64,000 nt of DNA from an uncultured Chloroflexia bacterium (GCA_963763495.1 CAVXOY010000020.1:24213-88212); one strand, 5' to 3'; positions 49,798-60,296 are shown, counted from the stretch's first letter. Notes: generated by a model not told the origin, from the sequence alone. Translations and numbers: made by a program.

Positions 49798-52700
49798 ATG
49801 TTCACTCACCTTCACGTTCACAGCGAATACAGCCTACTCGACGGCCTAGCCCGTATCCCCCAGCTCATGGAGCGCTCCCGCGAGCTGGGCCAGGAGGCGA
49901 TAGCCCTCACCGACCACGGCGTCCTCTACGGCGCTATCGAATTCTACAAGGAGGCCCGCGCTCAGGGAGTGAAGCCCATCATCGGCGTCGAGGCCTACGT
50001 CGCCGCCGGCTCTCGCCGCACCCGCGAGCCCAAGGAGAAGCGGCCCCACCATCTCACCCTTCTCTGTCGCAATCTGACCGGCTATCGCAACTTGCTCACC
50101 CTTGTCACCAAGGCCAACCTGGAGGGCTACTACTACAAGCCGCGGATGGACAGGGAGTTGCTCCAGGAGCACGGTGAAGGGATCATCGCTCTCTCCGGCT
50201 GCCACGCCGGCGAGTTGCACCGCCTGCTGGAAAGCGGCAACCTCGAAGAGGCGGCGGCGACGGCCCGCTGGTATCAGGAGACCTTCGACGCCTTCTACCT
50301 CGAGCTTCAAGACCACAACATGCCGGAGCTGACGGCGGTGAACAAGCAGTTGGTCGAGCTTTCCCGGCAGACCGGCATCCCCCTCGTGGCGACGAACGAT
50401 TCCCACTACGTCTACCAGGGGGACGCCGCCACCCAAGACATCCTCCTCTGCATCGGCACCAACTCCTCTCTCCTCGACGAGAAGCGGGTGCGGATGAATG
50501 ACGACTCCTACTACCTCAAGTCGGAAGAGGAGATGCGCGCCCTCTTCCCGGAGTTGCCGGAAGCGATAGAGAACACCTGCCGCATCGCCGACATGTGCGA
50601 CCTCACCCTGGAGTTCGGTAACCTCCACCTGCCGGAGGCGGAGGTGCCGCCGGGCAAGTCCGCCGATGACTACCTGGCGGAGCTCTGCTATGGCGGCCTG
50701 GAGCGGCGCTACCCGATGGGATCGGAGGACGCGCGGCGGCGCCTGGAGTATGAACTCTCCGTTGTCAAGGAGACGGGTTTCGCCAACTACATCCTGGTGG
50801 TGAGGGACTTCGCCGAGTTTGCCCGTGGTCAGGGCATCGCTATGGGCGTCCGCGGCAGCGCTGCCGGCAGCATTATCCTCTACTGCCTGGGCATCACCGA
50901 CATCGATCCCCTGGCCCACCGGCTGGTGTTCGAGCGATTCCTCAACGTGGAGCGGCGGGAGATGCCCGACATCGACATGGACTTCGCCGATGACCGCCGC
51001 GACGAGGTGATCCGCTACGTCGCCGAGAAGTACGGCTATGACCACGTGGCCCAGATCATCACCTTCGGCACGATGGGCGCCAAGGCCGCCCTCCGCGACG
51101 TCGGCCGCGCCCTCGGCATGACCTACGCCGATGTCGACCGCGTCGCCCGCCTCGTTCCCAACGCTCTAAACATGACTATCGAGCGGGCGCTGTCAGAGAA
51201 CGCTGAGATGCGCACCGCCTACGACCTCGATGATCAGGTGAGGCGCCTCGTCGACACCGCCCAGCGGCTGGAGGGCATCGCCCGTCATGCCAGCACCCAT
51301 GCCGCTGGCGTCGTCATCTCCGGCGACCCTCTGGTCGAATACGTGCCCCTGCAGAGACCATCGCGCAGCGCCCGTCTCGGCGAGTCGCCCAACGGCGAAG
51401 AAACCGCCATCCCCATGACCCAGTTCGCTATGGCGGAGGTGGCCGAGATCGGCCTCCTGAAGATGGACTTTCTGGGGCTCGTAAACCTGACCATCTTGGG
51501 TGAGGCCGTGAAGATCATCAGGGAAACGCGGGGCGTCGAGATCGACTTCAATGAGCTGCCTGACGGCAACCCCAAGACCTACGACATGCTCTCGCTGGGC
51601 GAGACGTTCGGCGTGTTCCAGTTGGAGAGTCCGGGGATGCGCCGCTACATCCAGGAGCTAAAGCCCCAGTCGATCGCTGAGCTGGCCGCCATGGTCGCCC
51701 TCTACCGCCCCGGCCCGATGCAACACATCCCCACCTACTGCCACGCCAAGCACGGCCGGGAGCAGATACGCTATCCCCACCCCGATCTCGCCGACATCCT
51801 CGACGAGACCTACGGCGTGATCGTCTACCAGGACCAGGTGCTGCTCATCGCCCAGAAGTTCGCCGGCTACTCCCTGGGCGAGGCCGACATCATGCGCAAG
51901 GCGATGGGCAAGAAGATCGCGACGGTGATGCACGCCGAGCAGGAGCGCTTCATCGCCGGCGCCGGCGACCGCGGCTACAGCGAGGCCGACGCCCGCCAGG
52001 TGTTCGACCTGATAGAGCCCTTCGCCGGTTACGCCTTCAACAAGGCCCACGCTGTCTCCTACGCCACCATCGCCTACCGCACCGCCTACCTCAAGGCCAA
52101 CTTCCCGGCTGAGTATATGACTGCCGTGCTGATGCTGGCGTCCGGCCACCCCAGCGGCGCCCAGGAACGGACGGCCGCCGCTGTCGCCGAGTGCGCGAAG
52201 CTGGGTATCGCCGTCTTGCCTCCCGATGTCAATCACAGCCAGGCCAACTTCGCGATCGAGATGCAGGCAGATGGACAGCAGGCTATCCGCTTTGGGCTGG
52301 CCGTCATCAAGAACGTGGGGACCGGGGCCGCGGAAGGGATCGTGGCGGCGCGAGAGGAGAAAGGCCCCTTCAGCTCGGTTGAGGACCTCTGCCGTCGTGC
52401 CCCCCTGCGCAGCCTGAACAAGCGGGCGCTGGAGAGCATCGTGAAAGCGGGGGCGCTCGACTGCCTGGGTGAGCGGGCCACCCTTCTCGCCAACGTCGAT
52501 CGCCTCCTCTCCCTGTCGCAGCAGGAGCAGCGGATGCGCGAGTCCGGCCAGACGACGATGTTCGACCTCTTCGGCGAGACGGTCGATACCCCTCTCCCGA
52601 CGCTGGAGCTGGAGCAGGTGGAGGCTCCGCGCGCGGAGCTGCTGACCTGGGAGAAAGAGGTGCTGGGCGTCTACGTCTCCGAGCATCCCTTCACCGCCGC

Positions 52701-53445
52701 TGCCGCTGCCCTCTCCTCGCACGTGACCGCCGTCTGCGGCGAGGTGACGGCGGAGATGGCCGGTCGCGAGGTCGTGCTCGCGGGCATGGTCTCCTCTACC
52801 CGCAATCTCTATACCCGCGAAGGGCGCACCTTCTGCGCCGCTATCATCGAAGACCTATCGGGCAACGTTGAGGTTACCGTGTGGCCCGACCAGTTTGATC
52901 AGACCCGCGACCTCTGGACCGAGGGCAACATCCTCATCGTCCTGGTGCGGATAAGAGAGCGCAACGAACGGCTGCAGGTGAGCGTGCAGCAGGTCGCTCT
53001 CTACCAGGCCGGCGGTCCCGGAACCGAGCCGTTCCTCATTCCGGAGTGGGTGAGAAAGGGCAGGGACGAGAGTGGGGCCCAGGGTCAACAATGGAACCAC
53101 GCCCGTTCCGGGGCTAGGCAGCAGCCCACCCGGAATAGTCAAACCGCGCCCGTATCGCGACGCATGCTCGTCTCGGTGCGAGAGACGGAGGACGAAGCGG
53201 CCGACCGCGAGCGTTTGGCCGGGCTGATGGCCACGCTGGTCGATTTCCCCGGTGAAGATGAGGTGCGTCTCGTTGTCCACACCCGCGTCGGCGACAAGGT
53301 GGAACTGGCGCTCCCCCCGGCCAAAGCCTGCGAAGAGCTTCGAGTCAGGATGTCGGAGGTGTTGCAGGGATCCGGGGAGGCTCGTCTCGACCAGTCGCGG
53401 GGCGGCGAACCGGTCGCCGTTTCCCAACCGGTTACGGGGGACTAG
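49798..53445 (+). CDS. dnaE: DNA polymerase III alpha subunit
   Basis: FTHLHVHSEYSLLDG PHP domain, RGSAAGS, MPDIDMDF, YAFNKAH, OB fold; no intein seen. Confidence 0.98.
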   Translation: MFTHLHVHSEYSLLDGLARIPQLMERSRELGQEAIALTDHGVLYGAIEFYKEARAQGVKPIIGVEAYVAAGSRRTREPKEKRPHHLTLLCRNLTGYRNLLTLVTKANLEGYYYKPRMDRELLQEHGEGIIALSGCHAGELHRLLESGNLEEAAATARWYQETFDAFYLELQDHNMPELTAVNKQLVELSRQTGIPLVATNDSHYVYQGDAATQDILLCIGTNSSLLDEKRVRMNDDSYYLKSEEEMRALFPELPEAIENTCRIADMCDLTLEFGNLHLPEAEVPPGKSADDYLAELCYGGLERRYPMGSEDARRRLEYELSVVKETGFANYILVVRDFAEFARGQGIAMGVRGSAAGSIILYCLGITDIDPLAHRLVFERFLNVERREMPDIDMDFADDRRDEVIRYVAEKYGYDHVAQIITFGTMGAKAALRDVGRALGMTYADVDRVARLVPNALNMTIERALSENAEMRTAYDLDDQVRRLVDTAQRLEGIARHASTHAAGVVISGDPLVEYVPLQRPSRSARLGESPNGEETAIPMTQFAMAEVAEIGLLKMDFLGLVNLTILGEAVKIIRETRGVEIDFNELPDGNPKTYDMLSLGETFGVFQLESPGMRRYIQELKPQSIAELAAMVALYRPGPMQHIPTYCHAKHGREQIRYPHPDLADILDETYGVIVYQDQVLLIAQKFAGYSLGEADIMRKAMGKKIATVMHAEQERFIAGAGDRGYSEADARQVFDLIEPFAGYAFNKAHAVSYATIAYRTAYLKANFPAEYMTAVLMLASGHPSGAQERTAAAVAECAKLGIAVLPPDVNHSQANFAIEMQADGQQAIRFGLAVIKNVGTGAAEGIVAAREEKGPFSSVEDLCRRAPLRSLNKRALESIVKAGALDCLGERATLLANVDRLLSLSQQEQRMRESGQTTMFDLFGETVDTPLPTLELEQVEAPRAELLTWEKEVLGVYVSEHPFTAAAAALSSHVTAVCGEVTAEMAGREVVLAGMVSSTRNLYTREGRTFCAAIIEDLSGNVEVTVWPDQFDQTRDLWTEGNILIVLVRIRERNERLQVSVQQVALYQAGGPGTEPFLIPEWVRKGRDESGAQGQQWNHARSGARQQPTRNSQTAPVSRRMLVSVRETEDEAADRERLAGLMATLVDFPGEDEVRLVVHTRVGDKVELALPPAKACEELRVRMSEVLQGSGEARLDQSRGGEPVAVSQPVTGD

Positions 53446-53498
53446 CGTATTTGGCGGAGCCATCCTTGCTCTGCGAGAAAGGCGGTACTTGCGCCGAA

Positions 53499-53547
53499 AT
53501 CGACTATGGGTTATAAACCAGCTTGCGTGAAGGATTGAACAATTCAA
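53499..53547 (+). promoter_or_regulatory. SDR gene -10 region and palindromic operator candidate
   Basis: TTGCGC-17 nt-TATAAA promoter, then TTGAA-CAA-TTCAA at 53535-53547. Confidence 0.45.
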
Positions 53548-53569
53548 ACACAAACGAGGAGGGATCAAA

Positions 53570-54490
53570 ATGGGTGACAGGCTAAAGGGAAGGGTAGCGA
53601 TCGTCACAGGCGCCGGTAGGGGTATCGGCCGCGGCGAGGCGCTGGCCATGGCATCAGAAGGTGCGTTCGTCATCATCAACGACATGGGCGCCGCCGTCGA
53701 TGGCAGCGGCTCTGAGGCGACTCCCGCCGAGGATGTCGTCCAGGAGATCAAGAAGATGGGCAGCCAGGCGGTTGCCAACTACGACAACGTCGTCGAGACC
53801 GAGACCGGCGAGAAGCTGGTGAAGCTGGCCCTCGACACCTGGGGACGGCTCGACATCATCGTCAACAACGCCGGCATTCTCCGCGACCGCATGCTCTTCA
53901 ACATGTCGACGGAGGAGTGGGACGCCGTAATCGCCGTCCACCTGCGGGGCCACTACAACATCACCAAGCCCGCCTGCGCCTACTTCCGCCAGGAGCGCAA
54001 GGGCGGCGTGATCATCAACACCTCGTCCACCTCCGGTCTGGGCAACGTCGGTCAGGCGAACTACGCCGCCGCCAAGGAGGGCATTGTCGGCTTCACCCGT
54101 ACTCTCGCCCGTGAGATGGGACGCTACGGTGTGCGCTGCAACGCCATCCGGCCCATGGCGGCCACCCGCATGACCCTCAGCCCCGACATGCGCGCCCGCG
54201 CCGAGCGGGCCGGCGAGGCGGGTCTCAAGATGCTGGAGCAGATGGAGAAGAGCCAGATTCCAGAGCAGGTCGGCCCCTTCGTTGCCTGGCTGGCCAGCGA
54301 TGAGGCGGCGAACGTCAACGGCCGCAACTTCCTGGTGCGCCAGGGCTACATCGGCCTCTACTCTGAGCCGGAGATCGTCGCCGCCGTCGAGAACGATGGC
54401 CTCTGGACGGTGGACAACATCTCGCCCGTCATTGGCAAGGTGACCAGCGGCCTGGTCAACGAGTGGCCGGTCGAGGCGCCGAAGCAATAG
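53570..54490 (+). CDS. Short-chain dehydrogenase/reductase
   Basis: TGAGRGIG, NNAGILRD, YAAAK. Confidence 0.93.
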   Translation: MGDRLKGRVAIVTGAGRGIGRGEALAMASEGAFVIINDMGAAVDGSGSEATPAEDVVQEIKKMGSQAVANYDNVVETETGEKLVKLALDTWGRLDIIVNNAGILRDRMLFNMSTEEWDAVIAVHLRGHYNITKPACAYFRQERKGGVIINTSSTSGLGNVGQANYAAAKEGIVGFTRTLAREMGRYGVRCNAIRPMAATRMTLSPDMRARAERAGEAGLKMLEQMEKSQIPEQVGPFVAWLASDEAANVNGRNFLVRQGYIGLYSEPEIVAAVENDGLWTVDNISPVIGKVTSGLVNEWPVEAPKQ

Positions 54491-54515
54491 AAGACGACAA
54501 GGATCACGAGTCTGT

Positions 54516-54548
54516 GAAGTGGGCAGCATTTGCTGCCCGCTTCCTTTT
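54516..54548 (+). terminator. Intrinsic terminator after the SDR gene
   Basis: GAAGTGGGCAGCA-TT-TGCTGCCCGCTTC-CTTTT. Confidence 0.8.
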
Positions 54549-54602
54549 CCGGTAGAGTTCCCATCGATGGAATGACTGTTGTAGGGGTCACGACCGACTC
54601 TG

Positions 54603-54830
54603 ATGAAATGGATTGACCTAACAACCGCTCCCGATCAGCTAACGGCGGAGATGTGGGTGGAGCTCCTCCGCAACGAGGGCGTGCCCGCGATGGTCAAACC
54701 CGCTGACACTGCATCCTTCTTGGGGGTATCGGGGAGAAGCTGCCGCGTCATCGTGCCCGACGACCGCCGTGACGAGGCGGCGGCGCTCCTGCTGGAGAGG
54801 ACCGGCGGCGAGGCCCAGATCGAACCCTAA
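54603..54830 (+). CDS. DUF2007-like small protein (copy 1)
   Basis: WIDLTTAPDQLTAEMWVELLRNEGVPA...RVIVP...AAALL. Confidence 0.75.
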   Translation: MKWIDLTTAPDQLTAEMWVELLRNEGVPAMVKPADTASFLGVSGRSCRVIVPDDRRDEAAALLLERTGGEAQIEP

Positions 54831-54890
54831 GGGGCCTTTGCCTCAATCGATCACATCTCTCGCGGACAGGGATAGTCAGGGAGAACTGCT

Positions 54891-55126
54891 GTGGAGTGGG
54901 TAGTTCTGGAAACGGCGCCCGATCAGGTGATTGCCGAGATGTGGGTGGAGATTCTCCGCGACAACGGCGTGCCCGCCTTCGTCAGAGTTCCTGACGCAAC
55001 TGCCGGCTATGGCGTCCGAATCCACGACGGGACTGCGGGGTAATGGTGCCGGACACCCATATCGAGATAGCGGCAAACATCCTCAAATCCATACTCGACG
55101 ACAAGCCGCGTAAGCGTCGCAAGTAG
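54891..55126 (+). CDS. DUF2007-like small protein (copy 2), frameshifted
   Basis: My translation VEWVVLETAPDQVIAEMWVEILRDNGVPA...; after two shifts, GLRVMVPDTHIEIAANILKSILDDKPRKRRK. Confidence 0.7.
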
Positions 55127-55132
55127 CAGTCC

Positions 55133-55636
55133 CTATCGCCTGCGGTCGCTAACCCCCTCGATCCGCAGGAGCGTTTCCTTCAGCGCCAGGCCGCCGCCGA
55201 AGCCGCCGAGGCTGCCGTCGCTTGCCACCACGCGGTGACAGGGGACGACAATCGCTATCGGGTTCGCGCCCACTGCCTGCCCGACCGCCCGCGCTGCGCG
55301 AGGCCTGCCGATCCGCTCCGCCACCCACTTATAGCTGCGCGTCTCGCCCCGCGGTATCTCCAGCAGTGTCTGCCACACCTGCCGCTGGAAAACGGTGCCC
55401 TGGTCTAGGTCCAGCTCTCCCGAGAACGACATCGTCTCCCGCAGGGCGTAGCGACGTAGCTGATGGGGCCAGTCGCCCACTTCCGCCGCGGCGGCGGGTT
55501 CGCTGTCGCCGCTCCGCCGCAATTCCTCCTCCGCTGCTTGGGCGCTCGTCTGCGGCAGGGTCGCCGTGCAAAGCCCCTTCTCAGTGAAGCCCAGGCCTAT
55601 CCAGCCCAGCTTGGTGTTGCACACGCAGGACTTCAT
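55133..55636 (-). CDS. ogt: Methylated-DNA--protein-cysteine methyltransferase
   Basis: FQRQVW, IPRGETRSY, ARAVG, VPCHRVV. Confidence 0.95.
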   Translation of the reverse strand: MKSCVCNTKLGWIGLGFTEKGLCTATLPQTSAQAAEEELRRSGDSEPAAAAEVGDWPHQLRRYALRETMSFSGELDLDQGTVFQRQVWQTLLEIPRGETRSYKWVAERIGRPRAARAVGQAVGANPIAIVVPCHRVVASDGSLGGFGGGLALKETLLRIEGVSDRRR

Positions 55637-55641
55637 GGTTC

Positions 55642-57933
55642 CTACCTCCGGCGAAGAATACGCCTGACCAGGCGGGGACGGATCTCACTCCAGAGCGATT
55701 CTAGCCGACCTCTATCTTGCTCCGTCAATGGCTTTCGCCCAAATTGCGTCCGCTCGTAGCTCTTGGCCAGGAAAGACAGCTCTGGTACGTCCGGAAGATC
55801 ATTCTGGAGGTCACGGACGTACTCCCGCGGCGTCTGCGTCGGCTCCGGGCCTATCCCGGCCCAGGAAGCGAGCCGCACCGTCTTCTCCCAGACCTGGACG
55901 GGATAGGCGAGTCCGGCCGTTCTCCCGTTCCAGGCGCGGCGCACCCCCAGCGTCAGTGCCACGAACAAGGCCGCCGCTGCCGCCGCCAGGAGCGCCAGCA
56001 TGACCTGTCCCCCGATTCCGCCTCCCTCAGAGGGTTGCGGCGCCGTTTCCGGAGCCGGCGCCGGCTCCCCCGTTGCGCCCCGCGAGAGGTCTTCGAAGCC
56101 GAGCAGGTCCTGCAAAGACGGCCCCTCGCCGGACGGTGGCGTGGATCCCGCGCTTGTCCGCGTAATGGGGGGCTGAGTAGGCGCCGGGCTGAACTCGACC
56201 CATCCCAGGTTAGGGAAGTAGACCTCCGGCCAGGCGAAGGCGTCGCTGCCGCTTATCTTATAGACGTTGCTGGTGGCATCCTCGGTCTCCGGCTCCAGGA
56301 CGAACCCCACCGCCAGCCGCGAGGGGATGCCCAGCGTGCGCAGCATAACCACCATCGCCGAGGCGTGATAGAGGGCGTGCCCCTCCTTCTTCTCGAACAG
56401 GAAGTACTCCACGGCGTCCCGTCCTGATGGTGGTATCGGGGCCTCGATTTCGTAGGGGTAGCTTCGCAGGTAGTACTCGATTGAGATCGCCTTGTCGTAG
56501 GGTCGGCTGTCGAAGCGGGTCAACTCTTGGGCCAGCTCGCTGATGGCGGAAGGTAGCTTCTTGGGCAGTTGCAGGTAGCGCTCTGTCACCCAGGACGGGT
56601 AGTCGCTGCCGGCGTTGCGCAGCACGTCCGGCGGGGCGATGGAAGCCAGCCCCACGGCGGTGTACTGATCGCCCTCCTTGAGCGAGTCCTCCGGCCGCAG
56701 CGAGGTGACATCCGACGGATCGGCGCCCGTTTCCGCTTCTGTCGCCGGCGCATCGACGGCCAGCGGTTGCCCCATCGTCAGGAACACCGGCAGGTCCCCG
56801 GCTACCGTTACCTTCACGGTCACCGCCTGTTGGTACTGCTCCGGCGCCAGCTCCAGGGCGCGGGTGACCTCGTCTGCGCGTTCCGATAACGGCTGCCGGC
56901 TCCGGTCGCCCATCTTCCAGCCGCTTGACGTGTAGACATCGTAGACGAGGCCGCGCAGGAATCCCGGTTCCGGCGCCTCCACCGACAGCTCTCCCGCCTC
57001 TCCCTTGCCGACGTAGCCCCGGAATGGCAAGAACTGGTCGAAGTTGCGCGCCGATATCCCCTTCTTCCCTTCGATGGCGGCGAAAACGCGGCTCAGCTCG
57101 GCCACCTTATCGGCGACCGGCTGCGCCCACGGCTGCCAGATCGACTCGAAGGCCGACGTTTGTCTGGCCTGAGGGATGAGCCAGGCCACGCTCAAGAAGA
57201 GGAGCGACGCGCACAAAGTCTGAAATAGGGACGAGAAATGCAGTGATTGTGGGTAGAGGGTGCTCGTCCGCCGCCATTCCTCCATCCGTCCCTGGAAATG
57301 CACTCGCATGACCAGAAGGATGCCTCCCAGAAGGAAGATCAAGAACGATGAATTGAACTGACCGGGCAGATAGCTGATGTTGATGAGCAACACCAGCCCG
57401 CCCGGCACCAACCCCAGCCAGGGGTTACGCCAGCGGAAGATGCTCCAGGAAGACAGGTAGGCGGTGAGCCAGGTGAGCACCAGCACCATGATGATGAACG
57501 GCAGGTTGTCGCTGTTGATGCCGCCGCCCAGCAAGGCGTCCTTCCAGGCGTCCATCCGCTGCACCATCTCGCCTGCCCTCTCCTTGAACCCGCCGCTGGG
57601 TATCAGCGCCAGCACCTGCCACAGCATGCCGCCGCATCCCAGAAGAAGGGCGATGGGGTGCGTGAAGACCTCTCGCCAGCCGAGGCGGCCCAGGAAGAAC
57701 CCCAACAGCAGGCCGAGCAGCGCTATCGGGTAGAGCGAGGGCATATCCTCGACCCAGTGGGCGCTGTCGATGGAGCCGACAACGCTGAAGAAGACCATCA
57801 GGACGATGGCGAAGGTCAGCCAGTCCTCCCAGGAAAAGAGCCAGTGCCTCAGCCAGCGCAGAAAGCGGAGTATCCTGCCGGGACGGGCCGTCTCCAAAGG
57901 CGTGAACAGCGCTTCGAACTCCGCCTCGTTCAC
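55642..57933 (-). CDS. Membrane transglutaminase-like (TgpA-type) protein with DUF4129-like C-terminus
   Basis: Multi-TM N-terminus, YLQLP, ASAMVVMLRTLGIPSRLAVGF, AWPEVYFPNLGWVEF, TPREY...YERTQFG. Confidence 0.85.
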   Translation of the reverse strand: MNEAEFEALFTPLETARPGRILRFLRWLRHWLFSWEDWLTFAIVLMVFFSVVGSIDSAHWVEDMPSLYPIALLGLLLGFFLGRLGWREVFTHPIALLLGCGGMLWQVLALIPSGGFKERAGEMVQRMDAWKDALLGGGINSDNLPFIIMVLVLTWLTAYLSSWSIFRWRNPWLGLVPGGLVLLINISYLPGQFNSSFLIFLLGGILLVMRVHFQGRMEEWRRTSTLYPQSLHFSSLFQTLCASLLFLSVAWLIPQARQTSAFESIWQPWAQPVADKVAELSRVFAAIEGKKGISARNFDQFLPFRGYVGKGEAGELSVEAPEPGFLRGLVYDVYTSSGWKMGDRSRQPLSERADEVTRALELAPEQYQQAVTVKVTVAGDLPVFLTMGQPLAVDAPATEAETGADPSDVTSLRPEDSLKEGDQYTAVGLASIAPPDVLRNAGSDYPSWVTERYLQLPKKLPSAISELAQELTRFDSRPYDKAISIEYYLRSYPYEIEAPIPPSGRDAVEYFLFEKKEGHALYHASAMVVMLRTLGIPSRLAVGFVLEPETEDATSNVYKISGSDAFAWPEVYFPNLGWVEFSPAPTQPPITRTSAGSTPPSGEGPSLQDLLGFEDLSRGATGEPAPAPETAPQPSEGGGIGGQVMLALLAAAAAALFVALTLGVRRAWNGRTAGLAYPVQVWEKTVRLASWAGIGPEPTQTPREYVRDLQNDLPDVPELSFLAKSYERTQFGRKPLTEQDRGRLESLWSEIRPRLVRRILRRR

Positions 57934-59207
57934 TGCTGTGTCCTCTCCTTGAGACTGCCGGTGCCCAGCCGTGGGTCGAAGCCGGCGCTCAGAGCAGTCG
58001 TGAGGTCATCGCCGCGCTTCACCACGAAGGTGTGGATGTCGGCTGCTGCCAGCGCCCCGAACGCCAACAGAGAATCGTCAGGCGCCCCGAACGTGCTCGC
58101 CTCCAGAAGGATTGTCGCCAGTCTGGTCCCTTGTTCCCCCGCCACCTGCAGGCTCGTGACCCAGTCCTCGGCGGTCGAGGGTGTGATCGTCAGCACGGTG
58201 GTCTGGCGCCCGAATCGCCGCCCTTCCTTGTAGATGAGTTCTGCGAGGCGGACATCGCCCACCGCTCGCGCCAGCGCCAGCGTCTCCAGGATGCGTACGT
58301 ACTGCTGGAGCCCCCGCTCCGGCTCCACGACCGTCAGCGTGTCGCCGAAGGTGATTAGCCCCAGCAAGCGGTTGGCGCGGAAGAAATGGCGGGCCACGGA
58401 AGCGGCGATGGTTATCGCATATTCCTCAGTGCTTTGCTCCCCCTCGCCGGCGTGGGCCTTCTTCTCCATGTCGAGCACTATCCAAACGTTGCTCGACGGG
58501 TCCAAATCGAAGAGCTTGACCATGAGTTCGTTGGTGCGGGCGGTGCTCGGCCAGTGGATCCGGTTATAGCTGTCGCCGAATTCGTACTCCCGGATACCCA
58601 TGGCGTTGGGTGTGATGTAGTGCGTCGGTCTTCGCAGCCGCCCTTCCCCCGCAAGCTGGGCCGCCGGGACGGCGAAGCCCGACAGATCGATAGCACGGGG
58701 GTAGACCAGGACGTTCTGAGCAGGGCCGAACCGCTTCGTGAAGCGGAAGAGCCCAAACGGGTCACCACCGGTAACGGTCAGCGGCCCGCGCGCGTACAGG
58801 CCGCGTCGCCGGCAGGTGGTCGTCACTTTCCAGGTCCGCGACCCCTTCGGCGCCAGGTGGACGACGCGGCGGGCGGCGTGGCCGGGCAGATCCGATGGGT
58901 CGTCTACCTCCAGCCAGAGCTTGGTGAAGATGCTCCCGTTGCGGACGTACAGCCGCTCCTCCATCACCTGGCCCTGCTCCAGCCGGTCGACCCGTCGCTC
59001 CGCCCTCGCCTCTATTCCCCAGAGGCTGAGCCGTCCCCAAAGGTAGCTGAGGGGAATGGCCACGAGGATGACGTAGGCCAGCCGCGACGGGAGCCAGAAC
59101 CCCGTGGAGAGGGCGACTACCATACAGGCGCAGAAGACCACCACAAGAACAGTCAGCGAGCGGTAGCGGCGGAGGAAGAAGCTGTAGGCGGTGCGAAGAG
59201 GCTTCAT
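57930..59207 (-). CDS. DUF58 family protein
   Basis: RRGLY..GP...DPFGLF, VLVYP, IREYEFGDSYNRIHWPSTAR..LMVK. Confidence 0.9.
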   Translation of the reverse strand: MKPLRTAYSFFLRRYRSLTVLVVVFCACMVVALSTGFWLPSRLAYVILVAIPLSYLWGRLSLWGIEARAERRVDRLEQGQVMEERLYVRNGSIFTKLWLEVDDPSDLPGHAARRVVHLAPKGSRTWKVTTTCRRRGLYARGPLTVTGGDPFGLFRFTKRFGPAQNVLVYPRAIDLSGFAVPAAQLAGEGRLRRPTHYITPNAMGIREYEFGDSYNRIHWPSTARTNELMVKLFDLDPSSNVWIVLDMEKKAHAGEGEQSTEEYAITIAASVARHFFRANRLLGLITFGDTLTVVEPERGLQQYVRILETLALARAVGDVRLAELIYKEGRRFGRQTTVLTITPSTAEDWVTSLQVAGEQGTRLATILLEASTFGAPDDSLLAFGALAAADIHTFVVKRGDDLTTALSAGFDPRLGTGSLKERTQQ

Positions 59208-59232
59208 GGCTGGAGCAGCCGTGGTTTCAGTG

Positions 59233-60195
59233 CTAACGGGCGAAATCGCTGCGGGCGCGCGCCCCCGGCACCGGCACGCGGCTCATGCAGGCGGTGACAA
59301 CGTCGGCGGGGGTCACGCTCTTGATCCGCGCCGTCGGGCTGATGATGATGCGATGCCCCAGCGCCGGATAGGCCAGTTCCTTCACGTCGTCGGGTAGCAC
59401 GTAGTCGCGCCCGTCGAGGAGGGCCCGCGCCTGAGCGGTGTGGAACAGCGCCAGCGACCCCCGCGGCGATGCCCCCAGATAGACCGACTCGTGCTTGCGG
59501 GTGCTGCTCACCAGGGCCACTATGTATTGCTTGATCAGGTCGTCGACATAGATTTCCTTCACCGCCGCCTGCACGGTGGTAATCTCCTCCGCGTTCGTGA
59601 CCTGCTCCAGGGCGCCGATCGGGTGCACCCGCTGCTGCTCTTCCATGATCGTGATCTCGTCGGTGTGAGCGGGATAGCCGAGATGGACGCGGAGGAGGAA
59701 GCGGTCGAGCTGCGCCTCCGGCAGAGGGAAGGTGCCCTCGTACTCGACCGGGTTCTGCGTCGCCATCACCAGGAACGGCTGCGGTAGAGGGCGCGTGACG
59801 CCGTCCACCGTCACCTGCCGCTCCTCCATCGCCTCCAGCAGCGCCGACTGCGTCTTGGGGGTAGCGCGGTTGATCTCGTCGGCGAGCACGACCTGCGACA
59901 GGATAGGGCCGGGCCGGAACTCGAAATCGCCCGTCTTCTGGTTGTAGATGGAGACGCCGGTGACGTCGCTGGGCAGGATGTCCGGCGTGAACTGGATGCG
60001 CTTGAAGGTGCAGCCGGTGGAACGGGCGAGGCTGCGGGCGAGCATCGTCTTGCCGACGCCGGGCACGTCTTCGATGAGCACGTGGCCCTGGCAGAGGAGG
60101 GCGATGACTACCAGCCGCACCTCTTCCCGCTTGCCAACGATCACCTTCTCGACGTTGGCGATGATGCTGTCGGCGATCTGCTTGGGGTCATCCAT
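59233..60195 (-). CDS. moxR: MoxR family AAA+ ATPase
   Basis: [56 protein letters not shown]. Confidence 0.96.
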   Translation of the reverse strand: MDDPKQIADSIIANVEKVIVGKREEVRLVVIALLCQGHVLIEDVPGVGKTMLARSLARSTGCTFKRIQFTPDILPSDVTGVSIYNQKTGDFEFRPGPILSQVVLADEINRATPKTQSALLEAMEERQVTVDGVTRPLPQPFLVMATQNPVEYEGTFPLPEAQLDRFLLRVHLGYPAHTDEITIMEEQQRVHPIGALEQVTNAEEITTVQAAVKEIYVDDLIKQYIVALVSSTRKHESVYLGASPRGSLALFHTAQARALLDGRDYVLPDDVKELAYPALGHRIIISPTARIKSVTPADVVTACMSRVPVPGARARSDFAR

Positions 60196-60296
60196 GGCAG
60201 GTTTTCCCCCGACTTCGGCGCCTCTCATTATAGCAGCTTCCCTTGCTGACCGGCGTGATGCGACAAAGGCCCGCGGGTCAGGGGGCGCTGTTCTCT

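Noticed and set aside
49798-53445. Intein in DnaE
   Set aside because: Length is normal and no intein splice motifs interrupt conserved blocks.
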